The notes beneath the pieces were generated by a model. It searched no databases. It saw nothing but the letters and a program-made list of their open reading frames with translations, and had not been told where the DNA came from. From contig JAJDAD010000009.1 in the NCBI GenBank assembly GCA_029262055.1, positions 29,297 to 93,296 on the forward strand: 64,000 bases of DNA, written 5' to 3'. The position numbers and the translations under genes were made by a program. Source of the stretch: Candidatus Zhuqueibacterota bacterium (lineage in GTDB: Bacteria > Zhuqueibacterota > Zhuqueibacteria > Oceanimicrobiales > Oceanimicrobiaceae). Each line of letters opens with the position of its first letter. The stretch's first letter is position 1. This document shows positions 26,747 through 36,698 of the stretch, one piece after another.

Positions 26747-27619
26747 TCAGGCTGCGACGTTTTGCCAGACAGTGTGCGATTCTTTATTGGCATAGACTGT
26801 GACGTCCTGGATTCTGACTTGTTCGTACAGGTCGTCTAATCCCAGGATGACTTCAGAGCCACCAATCATGAGCAAGCCCCCGGGCATGAGCGTCTTGTGA
26901 ATATTTGTCAAAATCCGGGTTTTGGTCTCCGCGTCGAAGTAGATCAATACATTTCTGCAAAAAACAAGGTCAAACGGTCCCAGGCTGTAAGAATCTGCAT
27001 TCAGGCGGAAGGTGCTGAATTGTACCATGCGCCTGATTTCGCTCTTGATGTGCCATGTGTTGCCGTTTTGGTTAAAATACTTAGCCATATATCGTTCCGG
27101 CAGGCCACGACCCACTTCCAGGTGTGAGTATTCTCCTGTTTTGGCCTGGTTTATAACTTTCTGCGAGATATCGATGGCGTGTATGCAGACGTTCCAACCA
27201 TCAAACAAGCCAACTTCTTTCATCAACATGGCAATACTGTACGCTTCCTGTCCGGTTGAACAGGCGGCACACCATATGTTCAGAGTCTTGTTGTTCTTGC
27301 TGTCGGCAAGTCGGGGTAGAATCACTTTTTCCATTGCGGAGAACGGTTTTTGGTCACGGAACCATGAGGTCTCGTGGGTAGTCAGGGAGTCGATAACCAT
27401 GGTCTCAATCTGTGGCGCCTTCCCTGATAACGCCTGGAGTAGCTCGGCTATTGATGCATAGCCAGCGGTTCTACAGAGTGATGTGAGTCTCCCCTGCATC
27501 AGATATCGCTTTTCCGGCCCGAGGACTATGCCCGCATTTTTGTAAACATACCAGGCAATATACTCGACTTGCTCTGCTGATATCGTTGCGTCCGGAGCGC
27601 TGAGGTTGGAAATTTGCAT
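26747..27619 (-). CDS. cheR: Chemotaxis protein methyltransferase CheR (paralog 1)
   Basis: TSWFRDQKPF, LNIWCAACSTGQEAYSIAM, VFCRNVLIYFD. Confidence 0.9.
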   Translation of the reverse strand: MQISNLSAPDATISAEQVEYIAWYVYKNAGIVLGPEKRYLMQGRLTSLCRTAGYASIAELLQALSGKAPQIETMVIDSLTTHETSWFRDQKPFSAMEKVILPRLADSKNNKTLNIWCAACSTGQEAYSIAMLMKEVGLFDGWNVCIHAIDISQKVINQAKTGEYSHLEVGRGLPERYMAKYFNQNGNTWHIKSEIRRMVQFSTFRLNADSYSLGPFDLVFCRNVLIYFDAETKTRILTNIHKTLMPGGLLMIGGSEVILGLDDLYEQVRIQDVTVYANKESHTVWQNVAA

Positions 27620-28237
27620 GTCGCTCCTGGCTAGGCGTTGGCCACGATTCGGTTTTGTCCGACTAAGAGCCGAAAGAATTGCGAACGACGCTCTATCTTC
27701 TGTATGACAATGCCGGGTGTGAAGAGCTTCATGATATTATCGTCGAGCCTGCCGATTTATTTTGCCAATCTTCCGACCACCGTAATCAGCTGGTCCGGCT
27801 GAAACGTTTTAACCAGCCGGCCGTTCCTGCGGCCCGGCCCTGCTCATTTCTTCCGGGGTGCGACCCGGTAGTGAGGATTCTCGTTGTTGCAGCTGTGGCG
27901 CTAACCTGGGTCGTTACCTCCATGTTTTCGCATTCTCCTTTTCAGAGTTTAGAAGAGTACCAGATCGTCTCCGTGCTGCGGCACTGGCATTTCAGGGCTG
28001 GTGCCTTTATTACTATCGTCAGGGTGTAGGTTGAATTTGAAGGAAATCTCCCTCAAATCCGGAAATCTGGCATAATTTCATTCGCGCACCAATGCCCCTG
28101 GACTAATGACCCTGGAAGAGATTCATGACAGAAATTAACCTGGAGCGCCGGCCGTTGGTTTGATTCGGAAGGCTTGCCCCCAATGACTCTTGAATCGGTA
28201 AATTTGACCTCGTCTTAAATCTTGATCAGTAAAGAGG

Positions 28238-28263
28238 TCAAAAAAATACAATGTGTCCGATAA
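28238..28263 (+). promoter_or_regulatory. Candidate sigma-28-type promoter upstream of the cheA operon
   Basis: TCAA-N14-TCCGATAA. The 11-mer TCCGATAATCA (28256-28266) is identical to the one at 21291-21301. Confidence 0.35.
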
Positions 28264-28489
28264 TCAAACTGTAGCACCACAACAGATGCCCGGACAGACG
28301 TGCGTTTCACGCGCTGTCGTTTCCAGTCAAAGGTTGTAAAGATAGTAAGCGGGTCGTCGATGCAAAGGAGAGGGTTGGTGGGGCGTTGACCTTTATCAGC
28401 CCTTGGTAACCACCGGGTGTTAGTGGGCGAGCCCTCCCATCCGTACGACGCTTTCACAGAACATATCCACAATGACAAGGAAGAACTTT

Positions 28490-30853
28490 ATGCCGGATGT
28501 AGAACAGCAGGAATTGCTGCTTGCATTTGTTGAGGAGGGGTATGAGTTGCTGGACGAATCCGAACCATTGCTCATCGAATTGGAGGCGACGTCAAATGAG
28601 TCTGGTGAAGTCGACTACGAAGTGCTCAATACGATTTTCCGCCTTTATCACTCGCTAAAGGGTGGGGCCGGGTTCCTTGATTTGGACACTGTAGGGAAAG
28701 TCACTCATGAGGCTGAGACACTTCTTGATTTGTTTCGTAAAGGTAAAGGTTCTATAGAAGGCGACCACATTGACCTGTTGAACCGGAGCTGTGATTTCTT
28801 AAGAAATTTGCTCGAAAACATCGAGGTGAAATTTTCAGATGAAGGATTTGCCGAGCAAGCCAACGCGATCATAGCTTCCCTGCGAGAGAAGATTGCAGCA
28901 ATCACTGGTGAGGGGTCAGCCGCCACCGCGCAAACTGGTGCCGAGCTTCGACGGGAGGTAGCTGAAGACGCAACCTCGGATCAGCCCGAAGATGAAGGTG
29001 CCGCCGAAGTTCCTCAACTCACAATCACGCCTGAAATGGTGGAGCAATTCGTGGCAGAATCTGAGGACCTGCTCGGTGAAACCGAGGAAGCTTTTCTGGC
29101 TCTCGATAAGGATTCCGGCAATTCAGAACAGCTTGATGGTGCGTTTCGGTCTCTGCACAGCTTCAAAGGCAACGCCGGCTTTCTCGGTTACGCTGACCTG
29201 GAAAAACTCAGCCATCAGGCTGAAACCATACTTGACAAGGTTCGGATGGGTGAGATCAGAGGCAATAGTGAACTTTTTTCCCTGCTGCTGGAGATAGTCG
29301 ATTTTCTTGAGGATGGTGTCAAGCAGGTTGCCCGGGGCGAGCAGCCCAGCATCCCGGCTGCTAACGGACTTGTCAGCCTGATGCAGGACGCGGTCAAGAA
29401 ATTCAGTTCAAACACTTCGGCGGGTCCGGCAGAGCCGACAAAGGAAGAAGTGAACGACCCCAAGGCCGAGGAAGCAACAGTCGTGGCCGAGCCTGAACCA
29501 CCGGTGAAAGCTGTTCCTGCAAAAGAATCTGAGCCCCAGGCACAACCTGCTGCCAAGTCGACAGCCGTGCAGAGTGCAAAGACACACGAGAAACCCGCAC
29601 CGGCCGGCAAGGCCGCTGCCCAGCGGCAATCGATCCGCGTTGATGTTGACAAGCTGGAAATCCTCCTGGACCTGGTAGGTGAGTTGGTCATTGCTGAGGC
29701 CATGGTGGCGCAGAATCCGGATCTGGTGGACTTGGATGTTTCGCTGGAGAATTTTGAAAAGTCGTCCATGCATTTGAACAAGATAACCAGGGATCTGCAA
29801 GACGTCGCAACCAAGATTCGCATGGTGCCGCTCTCGGCAAGTTTTCGCCGGATGATTCGATTGGTACGGGACCTGGCGCGCAAGACAGGTAAGAAGGTTG
29901 ATTTCAAAATCGTCGGAGAACATACCGAGGTCGACAAAACCGTTATTGAGCAGATCGCCGATCCTCTCGTTCACATTATTCGCAACTCTATTGACCACGG
30001 AATTGCGACGCCGGCCAATCGTCGGGAATTAGGGAAACCCGAGGTAGGAAAATTGACTCTCGAAGCGAAGTATGTGGGCGGAGAAGTATGGATTTCCGTT
30101 TCCGATGACGGCATGGGATTGAATCGTGAAATGATACTAAGGAAGGCGATCGAGAAGGGCCTGGTCGAGGGCGATGGCTCTGCTTTGCCGAATGAAGAGG
30201 TGTGGCCACTGATTTTTCAGCCGGGTTTTTCTACGGCCGCTAAGGTTACGGATTTGTCCGGCCGTGGTGTGGGGATGGATGTTGTTCGCCGCAACATCGA
30301 GAACATCCGAGGGAAGGTAGATATCAAAAGCACCGAGGGTGAGGGCAGTGAGGTCATTCTTCGGATTCCGCTCACGCTGGCCATCATCGACGGTATGATC
30401 ACCAGGGTTGGGGCGAGTCGCTATATCATACCCATCCTTGCCATCAAGGAAACCCTGCGAGCCAACCCGGACGATATTACCAGGACCATGGATGGTCAGG
30501 AAATTATCAGGATTCGAGACGGCTTCTACCCAGTGATTAGAGTACACGAATTGTACGGCACCAAATCCGAGTACGTAAATTTGCCGGACGGCATTATTGT
30601 CGTAGTCGAAAGCGACGGCAAGAGGGTTTGCCTCTTTGTCGATGAATTAATCGCGCAACAGCAAGTCGTGATCAAGGGGTTATCAGAATATGTTGGCAAA
30701 GTCTCGGCGATCTCCGGATGTACGATCCTCGCTGACGGCACCGTTTGTCTCATCGTCGATATTGGCGGTCTTATCGCCGCAACTGAAAGCGGCGAGAAAA
30801 TGATCGCCGGTCCAACTGTTGTTGATGAAGAAATGGAAAATGTATCGGCCTAG
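28490..30853 (+). CDS. cheA: Chemotaxis histidine kinase CheA with two tandem Hpt (P1) domains
   Basis: YHSLKGGAGFL (His codon 28649-28651) and LHSFKGNAGFLG (His codon 29156-29158). Pro/Ala/Glu-rich linker. Dimerisation domain, HATPase (DDGMGL, GRGVGMDVV) and CheW-like domain. AAGGAAG RBS before the ATG at 28490; the track start is 28472. Confidence 0.9.
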   Translation: MPDVEQQELLLAFVEEGYELLDESEPLLIELEATSNESGEVDYEVLNTIFRLYHSLKGGAGFLDLDTVGKVTHEAETLLDLFRKGKGSIEGDHIDLLNRSCDFLRNLLENIEVKFSDEGFAEQANAIIASLREKIAAITGEGSAATAQTGAELRREVAEDATSDQPEDEGAAEVPQLTITPEMVEQFVAESEDLLGETEEAFLALDKDSGNSEQLDGAFRSLHSFKGNAGFLGYADLEKLSHQAETILDKVRMGEIRGNSELFSLLLEIVDFLEDGVKQVARGEQPSIPAANGLVSLMQDAVKKFSSNTSAGPAEPTKEEVNDPKAEEATVVAEPEPPVKAVPAKESEPQAQPAAKSTAVQSAKTHEKPAPAGKAAAQRQSIRVDVDKLEILLDLVGELVIAEAMVAQNPDLVDLDVSLENFEKSSMHLNKITRDLQDVATKIRMVPLSASFRRMIRLVRDLARKTGKKVDFKIVGEHTEVDKTVIEQIADPLVHIIRNSIDHGIATPANRRELGKPEVGKLTLEAKYVGGEVWISVSDDGMGLNREMILRKAIEKGLVEGDGSALPNEEVWPLIFQPGFSTAAKVTDLSGRGVGMDVVRRNIENIRGKVDIKSTEGEGSEVILRIPLTLAIIDGMITRVGASRYIIPILAIKETLRANPDDITRTMDGQEIIRIRDGFYPVIRVHELYGTKSEYVNLPDGIIVVVESDGKRVCLFVDELIAQQQVVIKGLSEYVGKVSAISGCTILADGTVCLIVDIGGLIAATESGEKMIAGPTVVDEEMENVSA

Positions 30854-30898
30854 ACGAAGGTTCAAAAGTAGTTTGCAGAACAATCAAAGAGGTGACCA

Positions 30899-31429
30899 AT
30901 GGCAAGCCAAGATGCTCAGACCGAAGATGCTCTGGATATCATCGATGCGGACACAATCGTCGAAGATACTCAGCACGGTAAATACCTGACCTTTAAGTTA
31001 GGAAATGAGGAATACGGCATCGGTATTCGCGATGTAACCGAAATCATCGGTATTCAGAAAATTACCGAATTGCCGGATACTCCTCCATTTGTCAAAGGTG
31101 TAATGAACTTACGCGGTAGGGTTATTCCTGTGCTTGATGTCCGCCTGCGCTTTCATCTGGAAGGGACCGAATACAATGATCGCACCTGTACCGTTGTGGT
31201 TAACATCAAGAATAATTCAGTTGGCCTTATTGTCGACACGGTTTCGGAAGTGATAGATATTCCGGATGATTGTGTAGAAGAAGCGCCAAAAGTAAAAAAC
31301 AGTCCAAGTGCCCGTTATATCCAGGGGCTTGGCAAGGTTGGCGATAAGGTCAAAATTCTTTTGGACACACAAAAACTACTTTTTGAAAACGAGGTAGACC
31401 AGTTGTCGGAATCTCTGAGTTCCAATTAA
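30899..31429 (+). CDS. cheW: Chemotaxis coupling protein CheW
   Basis: YLTFKLGNEEYGIGI..VKGVMNLRGRVIPVLDVR..VGLIVDTVSEV. Confidence 0.9.
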   Translation: MASQDAQTEDALDIIDADTIVEDTQHGKYLTFKLGNEEYGIGIRDVTEIIGIQKITELPDTPPFVKGVMNLRGRVIPVLDVRLRFHLEGTEYNDRTCTVVVNIKNNSVGLIVDTVSEVIDIPDDCVEEAPKVKNSPSARYIQGLGKVGDKVKILLDTQKLLFENEVDQLSESLSSN

Positions 31430-31587
31430 TACCAATCGTTCGGGTGATCTTCAGATCATGGGTGTCTTTGGCAGCTTTAGTTTTCGACCGGTGCACAAAG
31501 GCGTCTCCCGAAGCGACCTTGAGTATCTACGAGAGTTCGTAACTTAATCGATGACATGTTATTATTAACTTCTAGTGAAGGGAAACT

Positions 31588-33621
31588 ATGCAAAAGCAAG
31601 AAAACCTGACTCTTCAATACAAAATTACCGAGATTAATCTGGAGGCACGGCGGGAGTTTATCCGGCTGGGTGAAAAAGACCGAAAGATTCTCATCAGCCT
31701 GATTCCCTGGGCGAAAAAAGTAGCACCTGTTTTAGCGAAGGAATTCTATGACTGGCAGTTTTCATTTGGTCCTACCCGGCAATTTTTTGAAAAATATGCT
31801 ACGGAGCGGGGCGTATCCCTTTTCGCTTTACGTGAAACTCTCGAAAACGCCCAGGCAGGATATCTTCTGTCAATCTTTACCGAGGCCAGCAAGAATTGGG
31901 GCGTGTCATATTTTGAGGGAAGATTGCATATTGGCATGATCCATGACAGAATTAATCTTCCACAAAAATGGTACATGGGATCGTATGCCGAATACCAATA
32001 CCTGACCCGAAAACACCTCCGAAAGTCCTTTAGGTTTTCAAGTTTTTTTTCCGGAAAGATTGCACGTGCAGAAGAAGCCATTTTCAAAGTTTTCAATTAT
32101 GATCAGCAGGCGATCTGTGATTCCTTCTTGTTGAACACGTTTGAGTCATTAGGGTTGAGTGTGGAAGACATTGAAACAACGGGAAGTGCTGATAGGACGG
32201 AACATGTTGATCAGATTAAATTCGCATCAACTACCCTTCTGGAACAGGCCCAGGTGATTTCTGAGCAGCGCCTAAATGATAAGGTGCTCGAAACCAAGGT
32301 TGCAGGCACACTTGGCGCTGCCTTTGAAAAGATGGCGCATAATCTGCGGGAAAATCACGAAGAAATGCAGGCTGCCATGACGCAAATAGAGGCCAATATG
32401 AAGGTAGCTCAAAGTGTTGTTGATGAGGTAAATCGGGTAGCGGATTTACTCAGGGAAGGTAAGTTAAGCGAACGCGCTCATGCTGGTGATGCGTCCGGCG
32501 CGTTCAAGCAATTGGTAGATAGTTTTAATGCCGCAATTGACAATATTCTTGTACCAATAGCTGAGGCGCTTACAGTCCTGGAAAGGATGGCAGGCGGAGA
32601 TTTGACAAATGGGATTGCAGGTGAGTTTAAGGGTGATCATGCCAAGATAAAAATTGCCGTGAACAAAACGCTTGATTCCCTCAACGATATTCTAGGACAA
32701 GTCTGGGCCTCGGTTGACCAGGTTGCCACTGGTGCGGGTGAGGTCTCAAGCGCCAGCCAGACCCTCTCCGATGGCGCGACCAAACAGGCCAGCTCCCTGG
32801 AGCAGACAACCGCTTCCATGCAGGAGATTGCTGCGCAGACCAGGCAGAACGCCGAAAACGCCGAGCAGGCTAATCAACTTGCAACCGCGGCGCGCAAGGG
32901 AGGCGAGGATGGTACCGGACAGATGAAAATGATGCTGGTGGCGATGGAGGATATCAATAAATCTTCCGATGAGATTTCAAAGATTATCAAATCCATCGAT
33001 GAAATCGCGTTTCAAACTAACTTGTTGGCGCTCAATGCTGCGGTTGAAGCTGCCCGGGCCGGCGTGCACGGCAAAGGTTTTGCGGTGGTAGCGGAAGAAG
33101 TCCGCAACCTGGCACAACGCAGCGCCAAAGCTGCTCAGGAAACGACGCAGTTGATTGAAGGTTCAGTCAAAGACGTTGCAAACGGGTCGAAATTAGCGAA
33201 CCAAACTTCCAAGGCACTGGACGAAATTGTCTCAGGCGTGGCCAAAGTCACCGACCTGGTAGGTGAAATCGCCAGCGCATCGAAGGAACAATCGCTCGGC
33301 ATCGAGCAGGTCAGCCAGGGGCTGGGCCAAATTGATAACGTCACCCAGGCCAATACAGCGAGCGCCGAGCAGAGCGCCGCAGCTTCTGAAGAGCTGTCAG
33401 GCCAGGCAGATCAGGTGAAGCACATGTTGGGCCAGTTCAGGCTTAGAAACGGCGGGAGAGTGGCCACGTCACCTTCGCCCGCAATCAAGGTCGTGGACAT
33501 ACCAAAGCCTGTCGCGGCTAACGGTGATGGCTGGGGAGAAGGCCCGGCGGAATCCGGCAATTCGACATCGATTTCGGATGACGTTATTGCGCTGGATGAT
33601 GATGATTTTGGTGGGTTCTAG
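31588..33621 (+). CDS. Soluble methyl-accepting chemotaxis protein with N-terminal protoglobin (globin-coupled sensor) domain
   Basis: No TM segment. [52 protein letters not shown] resembles HemAT-type sensors. C-terminal [21 protein letters not shown] signalling hairpin. Confidence 0.8.
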   Translation: MQKQENLTLQYKITEINLEARREFIRLGEKDRKILISLIPWAKKVAPVLAKEFYDWQFSFGPTRQFFEKYATERGVSLFALRETLENAQAGYLLSIFTEASKNWGVSYFEGRLHIGMIHDRINLPQKWYMGSYAEYQYLTRKHLRKSFRFSSFFSGKIARAEEAIFKVFNYDQQAICDSFLLNTFESLGLSVEDIETTGSADRTEHVDQIKFASTTLLEQAQVISEQRLNDKVLETKVAGTLGAAFEKMAHNLRENHEEMQAAMTQIEANMKVAQSVVDEVNRVADLLREGKLSERAHAGDASGAFKQLVDSFNAAIDNILVPIAEALTVLERMAGGDLTNGIAGEFKGDHAKIKIAVNKTLDSLNDILGQVWASVDQVATGAGEVSSASQTLSDGATKQASSLEQTTASMQEIAAQTRQNAENAEQANQLATAARKGGEDGTGQMKMMLVAMEDINKSSDEISKIIKSIDEIAFQTNLLALNAAVEAARAGVHGKGFAVVAEEVRNLAQRSAKAAQETTQLIEGSVKDVANGSKLANQTSKALDEIVSGVAKVTDLVGEIASASKEQSLGIEQVSQGLGQIDNVTQANTASAEQSAAASEELSGQADQVKHMLGQFRLRNGGRVATSPSPAIKVVDIPKPVAANGDGWGEGPAESGNSTSISDDVIALDDDDFGGF

Positions 33622-33927
33622 TACCATGTCGCTGAAAGTAAATCGCAAAACGGGTGATCGCAGGGGTTAACTCTGGAGTTGTCGGCAGCCTGATTGGTGA
33701 TTGATCGACATTTATGAGGCATGTTTATAGGTAGTGTCATTCCATTCGTTTTTCAGTTGAGGAATCTGGAACAGAAGGTTTGGCATTTAACAGCAAAGTC
33801 TTAAGGATGATTGAACTGTGCGGTTCCAGAATTCTCCCGTTGTCGAAAATGACAGCAAAGGTGTTTCGGTCGAACACTAATTGATAATCATTGAGATAAT
33901 CAAAATGAATCATAAGCAGGTGGGTTT

Positions 33928-36522
33928 ATGAAATCGATAAGAATCAAGCTGGTGGTTCTCCTTCTGGCACTCGCCTTGGTACCGCTTCTTGTCAGCAGTT
34001 GGTACAATCTAAGCAACAACACGGCTATGCTGGAAAAGAACATCTCCGAGCACATGCTATCGATTGCCAATGTGAAGCAAAGCTCACTCGATAATCACAT
34101 AAAGTTGGTGGCTGACAACGCCAGTGCCCTGGCTGGTACGGATGCAGTCCAAGAGATGCTCGACTCAGAGGCGTCGAACGCTGAGTTTTCACAGACCCCG
34201 GAATATCAGGCTGCTTACGATTTGCTCCTCAATTACCAAGAATCGCACTGGGGTGTTTTCCATCATGTAATGATTGCGGACCCAGATGGTACAGTAGTGC
34301 TCAGCCCCGGGCATAATAATTCCTCAAAAGCACACTTGGAGCAAGCGTTTTCAGAATATAAGTATTTCAAGCCGGCATTGACAGAGCCGCAAGTAACTGA
34401 TTTTTTTGGATTCGTTGAGAAGGATCACTTTCATCAGTTGTACCTGCAGCCGATCAAGAATGGTGCGGGTGAGGCCTTGGGCGTCCTGATTTTTGAAATA
34501 GAGATTGCCCATCTCAAGAAGCTTCTCTCTGATAGTTTTGAACTTGGTGAATCGGGCAGGATTTTTCTGACCACCCTCGAAGGTGTTGAAGTTGTCAAAT
34601 CAAAGGAAGATTTGAAACCGGCCTTGAACAACGATAGCATGATGGCCGCAATAAAGGAAGGCTACGCTATTGGGAAAACCCTGAACCGGGATGGTAAGGA
34701 GGTCTTTAGTATCTATTTAAGTCAGCCTGAATACCCATGGGTTTTAACCGTTGAGATAGATCACGATGAAGTTTTTCAGGCCGTTTCTAAGGCGAAAGCA
34801 GCGTTTTTTGTCACATTGGTCATAGTAACAACCCTTATTCTCTTCGTCGGAATCTTGGCCAGCCGGAAAATTGCGGACCCAGTCATTCAAATGGCCAGCG
34901 TGGCGGAGAGGATTTCAGCAGGAGACCTGGAGCAGCAAATCAACTACCAGTCTGCGGACGAAATCGGCGGTCTGGCCCACTCTTTCCACAAAATGGTAGA
35001 GACTTTGAAGGAGAAGGCAGAGGTCGCCAGGAAAATTTCCAAGGGGATTGTAGATGTTGAGATCGAGAAATCATCGGAAGCGGATGTTCTTGGCCAGGCC
35101 ATGATAGAAATGAAAGACTCTTTGAAAGCTAAAGTGGAGGCAGCTAATCAGGTAGCTGCGGGCAATCTTGACACTAAAGTAGAAGTCGTGTCCAAAGATG
35201 ATGTCCTTGGTGTCGCCATGGTAGCAATGGTTAATAGTCTACAGGCAAGCCGAGAAGAAGTGGATGCGGCCAAGGCGAAAGTGGAGACCAATTTAGAGGT
35301 AGCACAGAGCGTGGTGGCCGAAGTAAACCGGGTTGCCGGCCTTCTGGAGGAGGGTCACTTAAAAGAACGTGCAGCCGTGGACGATGCAGAGGGCGCATAT
35401 CGGCAATTAGTGGACGGCTTTAATCAAGCGATAGACAATATTCTAAAACCCGTCAATGATGCAGTTGTATGCTTGGCGAAAATGGCTAAAGGTGATCTGA
35501 GGACCTCTATGAACAGGGATTATAAAGGAGATCACGCCCAAATGGCTGACACCTTGACCCATACTCTGGATTCCTTTAACGAAATCCTAGGACAGGTTTG
35601 GGTTTCGGTCGACGAGGTCGCCGCTGGCGCCAGTCAAGTATCCAGTGCAAGTCAGGCCCTCTCCGGTGGCGCTACCAAGCAAGCCAGCTCCATGCAGCAG
35701 ACAACCGCCACTATGCAGGAGATTTCTGCTCAGACTAAACAGAACGCGGAGAACGCAGAACAGGCCAATCAACTTGCAGCCGCTGCCCGTAATGAAGGTG
35801 AAGGTGGTACCGAGCAGATGAAGAAGATGCTGCTTGCCATGAAGGATATAAACAAATCCTCTGACAGGATTTCGAAGATTATCAAGTCTATCGATGAAAT
35901 CGCGTTCCAAACTAACTTGCTGGCGCTCAATGCTGCGGTTGAAGCAGCCAGAGCCGGTGTGCATGGCAAAGGCTTTGCCGTCGTAGCTGAGGAAGTTCGT
36001 AACTTGGCGAAACGCAGCGCCGATGCCGCCCGGCAAACGACCCAATTGATCGAAGGCTCTGTCAAAGACGTTGCGAACGGCTCCAAGCTGGCTGACCAGA
36101 CAGCCAAAGCTCTTGGTGAGATTGTCAATGGCGTTGCAAAAGTCACTGACCTTGTTGCAGAGATCGCGAGCGCTTCCAGTGAACAGGCACTCGGGATTGA
36201 GCAGGTGAGCCAGGGGTTGAGTCAAATTGACAGCGTTACCCGGGCCAATACAGCCAACGCCGAGCAAAGTGCTGCGGCCTCCGAAGAACTATCCGGTCAG
36301 GCAGCTCAAGTGAAGCGGATGTTGAGCCGGTTTCAGCTAAGAAGCGGTGCGAGGGCGGCTTTGTCTCAACGGGTACTACCAGTTACTGTGGTCGACAGAC
36401 CAGGGTCGATTGCAGATGGAGACGAAGGGTCATGGGGAGCGACTCCAGCTCAACCAGCGGGTAGTGATTCTCCATCGGCCGATTTCATCGCGCTGGATGA
36501 CGATGACTTTGGTGAATTTTAA
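33928..36522 (+). CDS. Transmembrane methyl-accepting chemotaxis protein (Cache-like periplasmic sensor, poly-HAMP)
   Basis: N-terminal [19 protein letters not shown], ~270-aa extracytoplasmic domain, second [50 protein letters not shown] plus two HAMP-like repeats. MCP signalling domain. Confidence 0.9.
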   Translation: MKSIRIKLVVLLLALALVPLLVSSWYNLSNNTAMLEKNISEHMLSIANVKQSSLDNHIKLVADNASALAGTDAVQEMLDSEASNAEFSQTPEYQAAYDLLLNYQESHWGVFHHVMIADPDGTVVLSPGHNNSSKAHLEQAFSEYKYFKPALTEPQVTDFFGFVEKDHFHQLYLQPIKNGAGEALGVLIFEIEIAHLKKLLSDSFELGESGRIFLTTLEGVEVVKSKEDLKPALNNDSMMAAIKEGYAIGKTLNRDGKEVFSIYLSQPEYPWVLTVEIDHDEVFQAVSKAKAAFFVTLVIVTTLILFVGILASRKIADPVIQMASVAERISAGDLEQQINYQSADEIGGLAHSFHKMVETLKEKAEVARKISKGIVDVEIEKSSEADVLGQAMIEMKDSLKAKVEAANQVAAGNLDTKVEVVSKDDVLGVAMVAMVNSLQASREEVDAAKAKVETNLEVAQSVVAEVNRVAGLLEEGHLKERAAVDDAEGAYRQLVDGFNQAIDNILKPVNDAVVCLAKMAKGDLRTSMNRDYKGDHAQMADTLTHTLDSFNEILGQVWVSVDEVAAGASQVSSASQALSGGATKQASSMQQTTATMQEISAQTKQNAENAEQANQLAAAARNEGEGGTEQMKKMLLAMKDINKSSDRISKIIKSIDEIAFQTNLLALNAAVEAARAGVHGKGFAVVAEEVRNLAKRSADAARQTTQLIEGSVKDVANGSKLADQTAKALGEIVNGVAKVTDLVAEIASASSEQALGIEQVSQGLSQIDSVTRANTANAEQSAAASEELSGQAAQVKRMLSRFQLRSGARAALSQRVLPVTVVDRPGSIADGDEGSWGATPAQPAGSDSPSADFIALDDDDFGEF

Positions 36523-36698
36523 GTAGCATTTGAGAAATCAGGAATTGTTGCCGACAACAGTTTAATATGAGGTCAACCAAGGCAGGCCAGATACTCACTA
36601 TCAACCGGGCTTGCCTTACCTTTTCTAAAAATCTCAATTTGTGACAGTGCCCTGAGGATAGCGTACATGTTATACATGGCCTAAGGACAGGAGGTTAA

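Noticed and set aside
26696-26749. cheR and the RsbW-like ORF are in the same reading frame. Only the cheR TGA stop (26747-26749) and 17 open codons separate them, which suggested a read-through or a split fusion protein.
   Set aside because: Sharing a frame has a 1-in-3 chance expectation. The 17 codons and the N-terminal extension show no domain signature. The kinase core starts ~45 codons further downstream, so the true start is probably internal.
27679-28029. 116-aa plus-strand ORF, and the 87-aa minus-strand ORF at 28215-28478, in the cheR-cheA divergent region.
   Set aside because: Neither has a recognisable motif or a convincing start context. I treat them as non-coding (see the finding on this region).
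33781-33795. TGGCATTTAACAGCA upstream of the second MCP gene resembles a sigma-54 -24/-12 promoter.
   Set aside because: The GG-to-GC spacing is one nt short of the invariant spacing, and the -12 region lacks TTGC.
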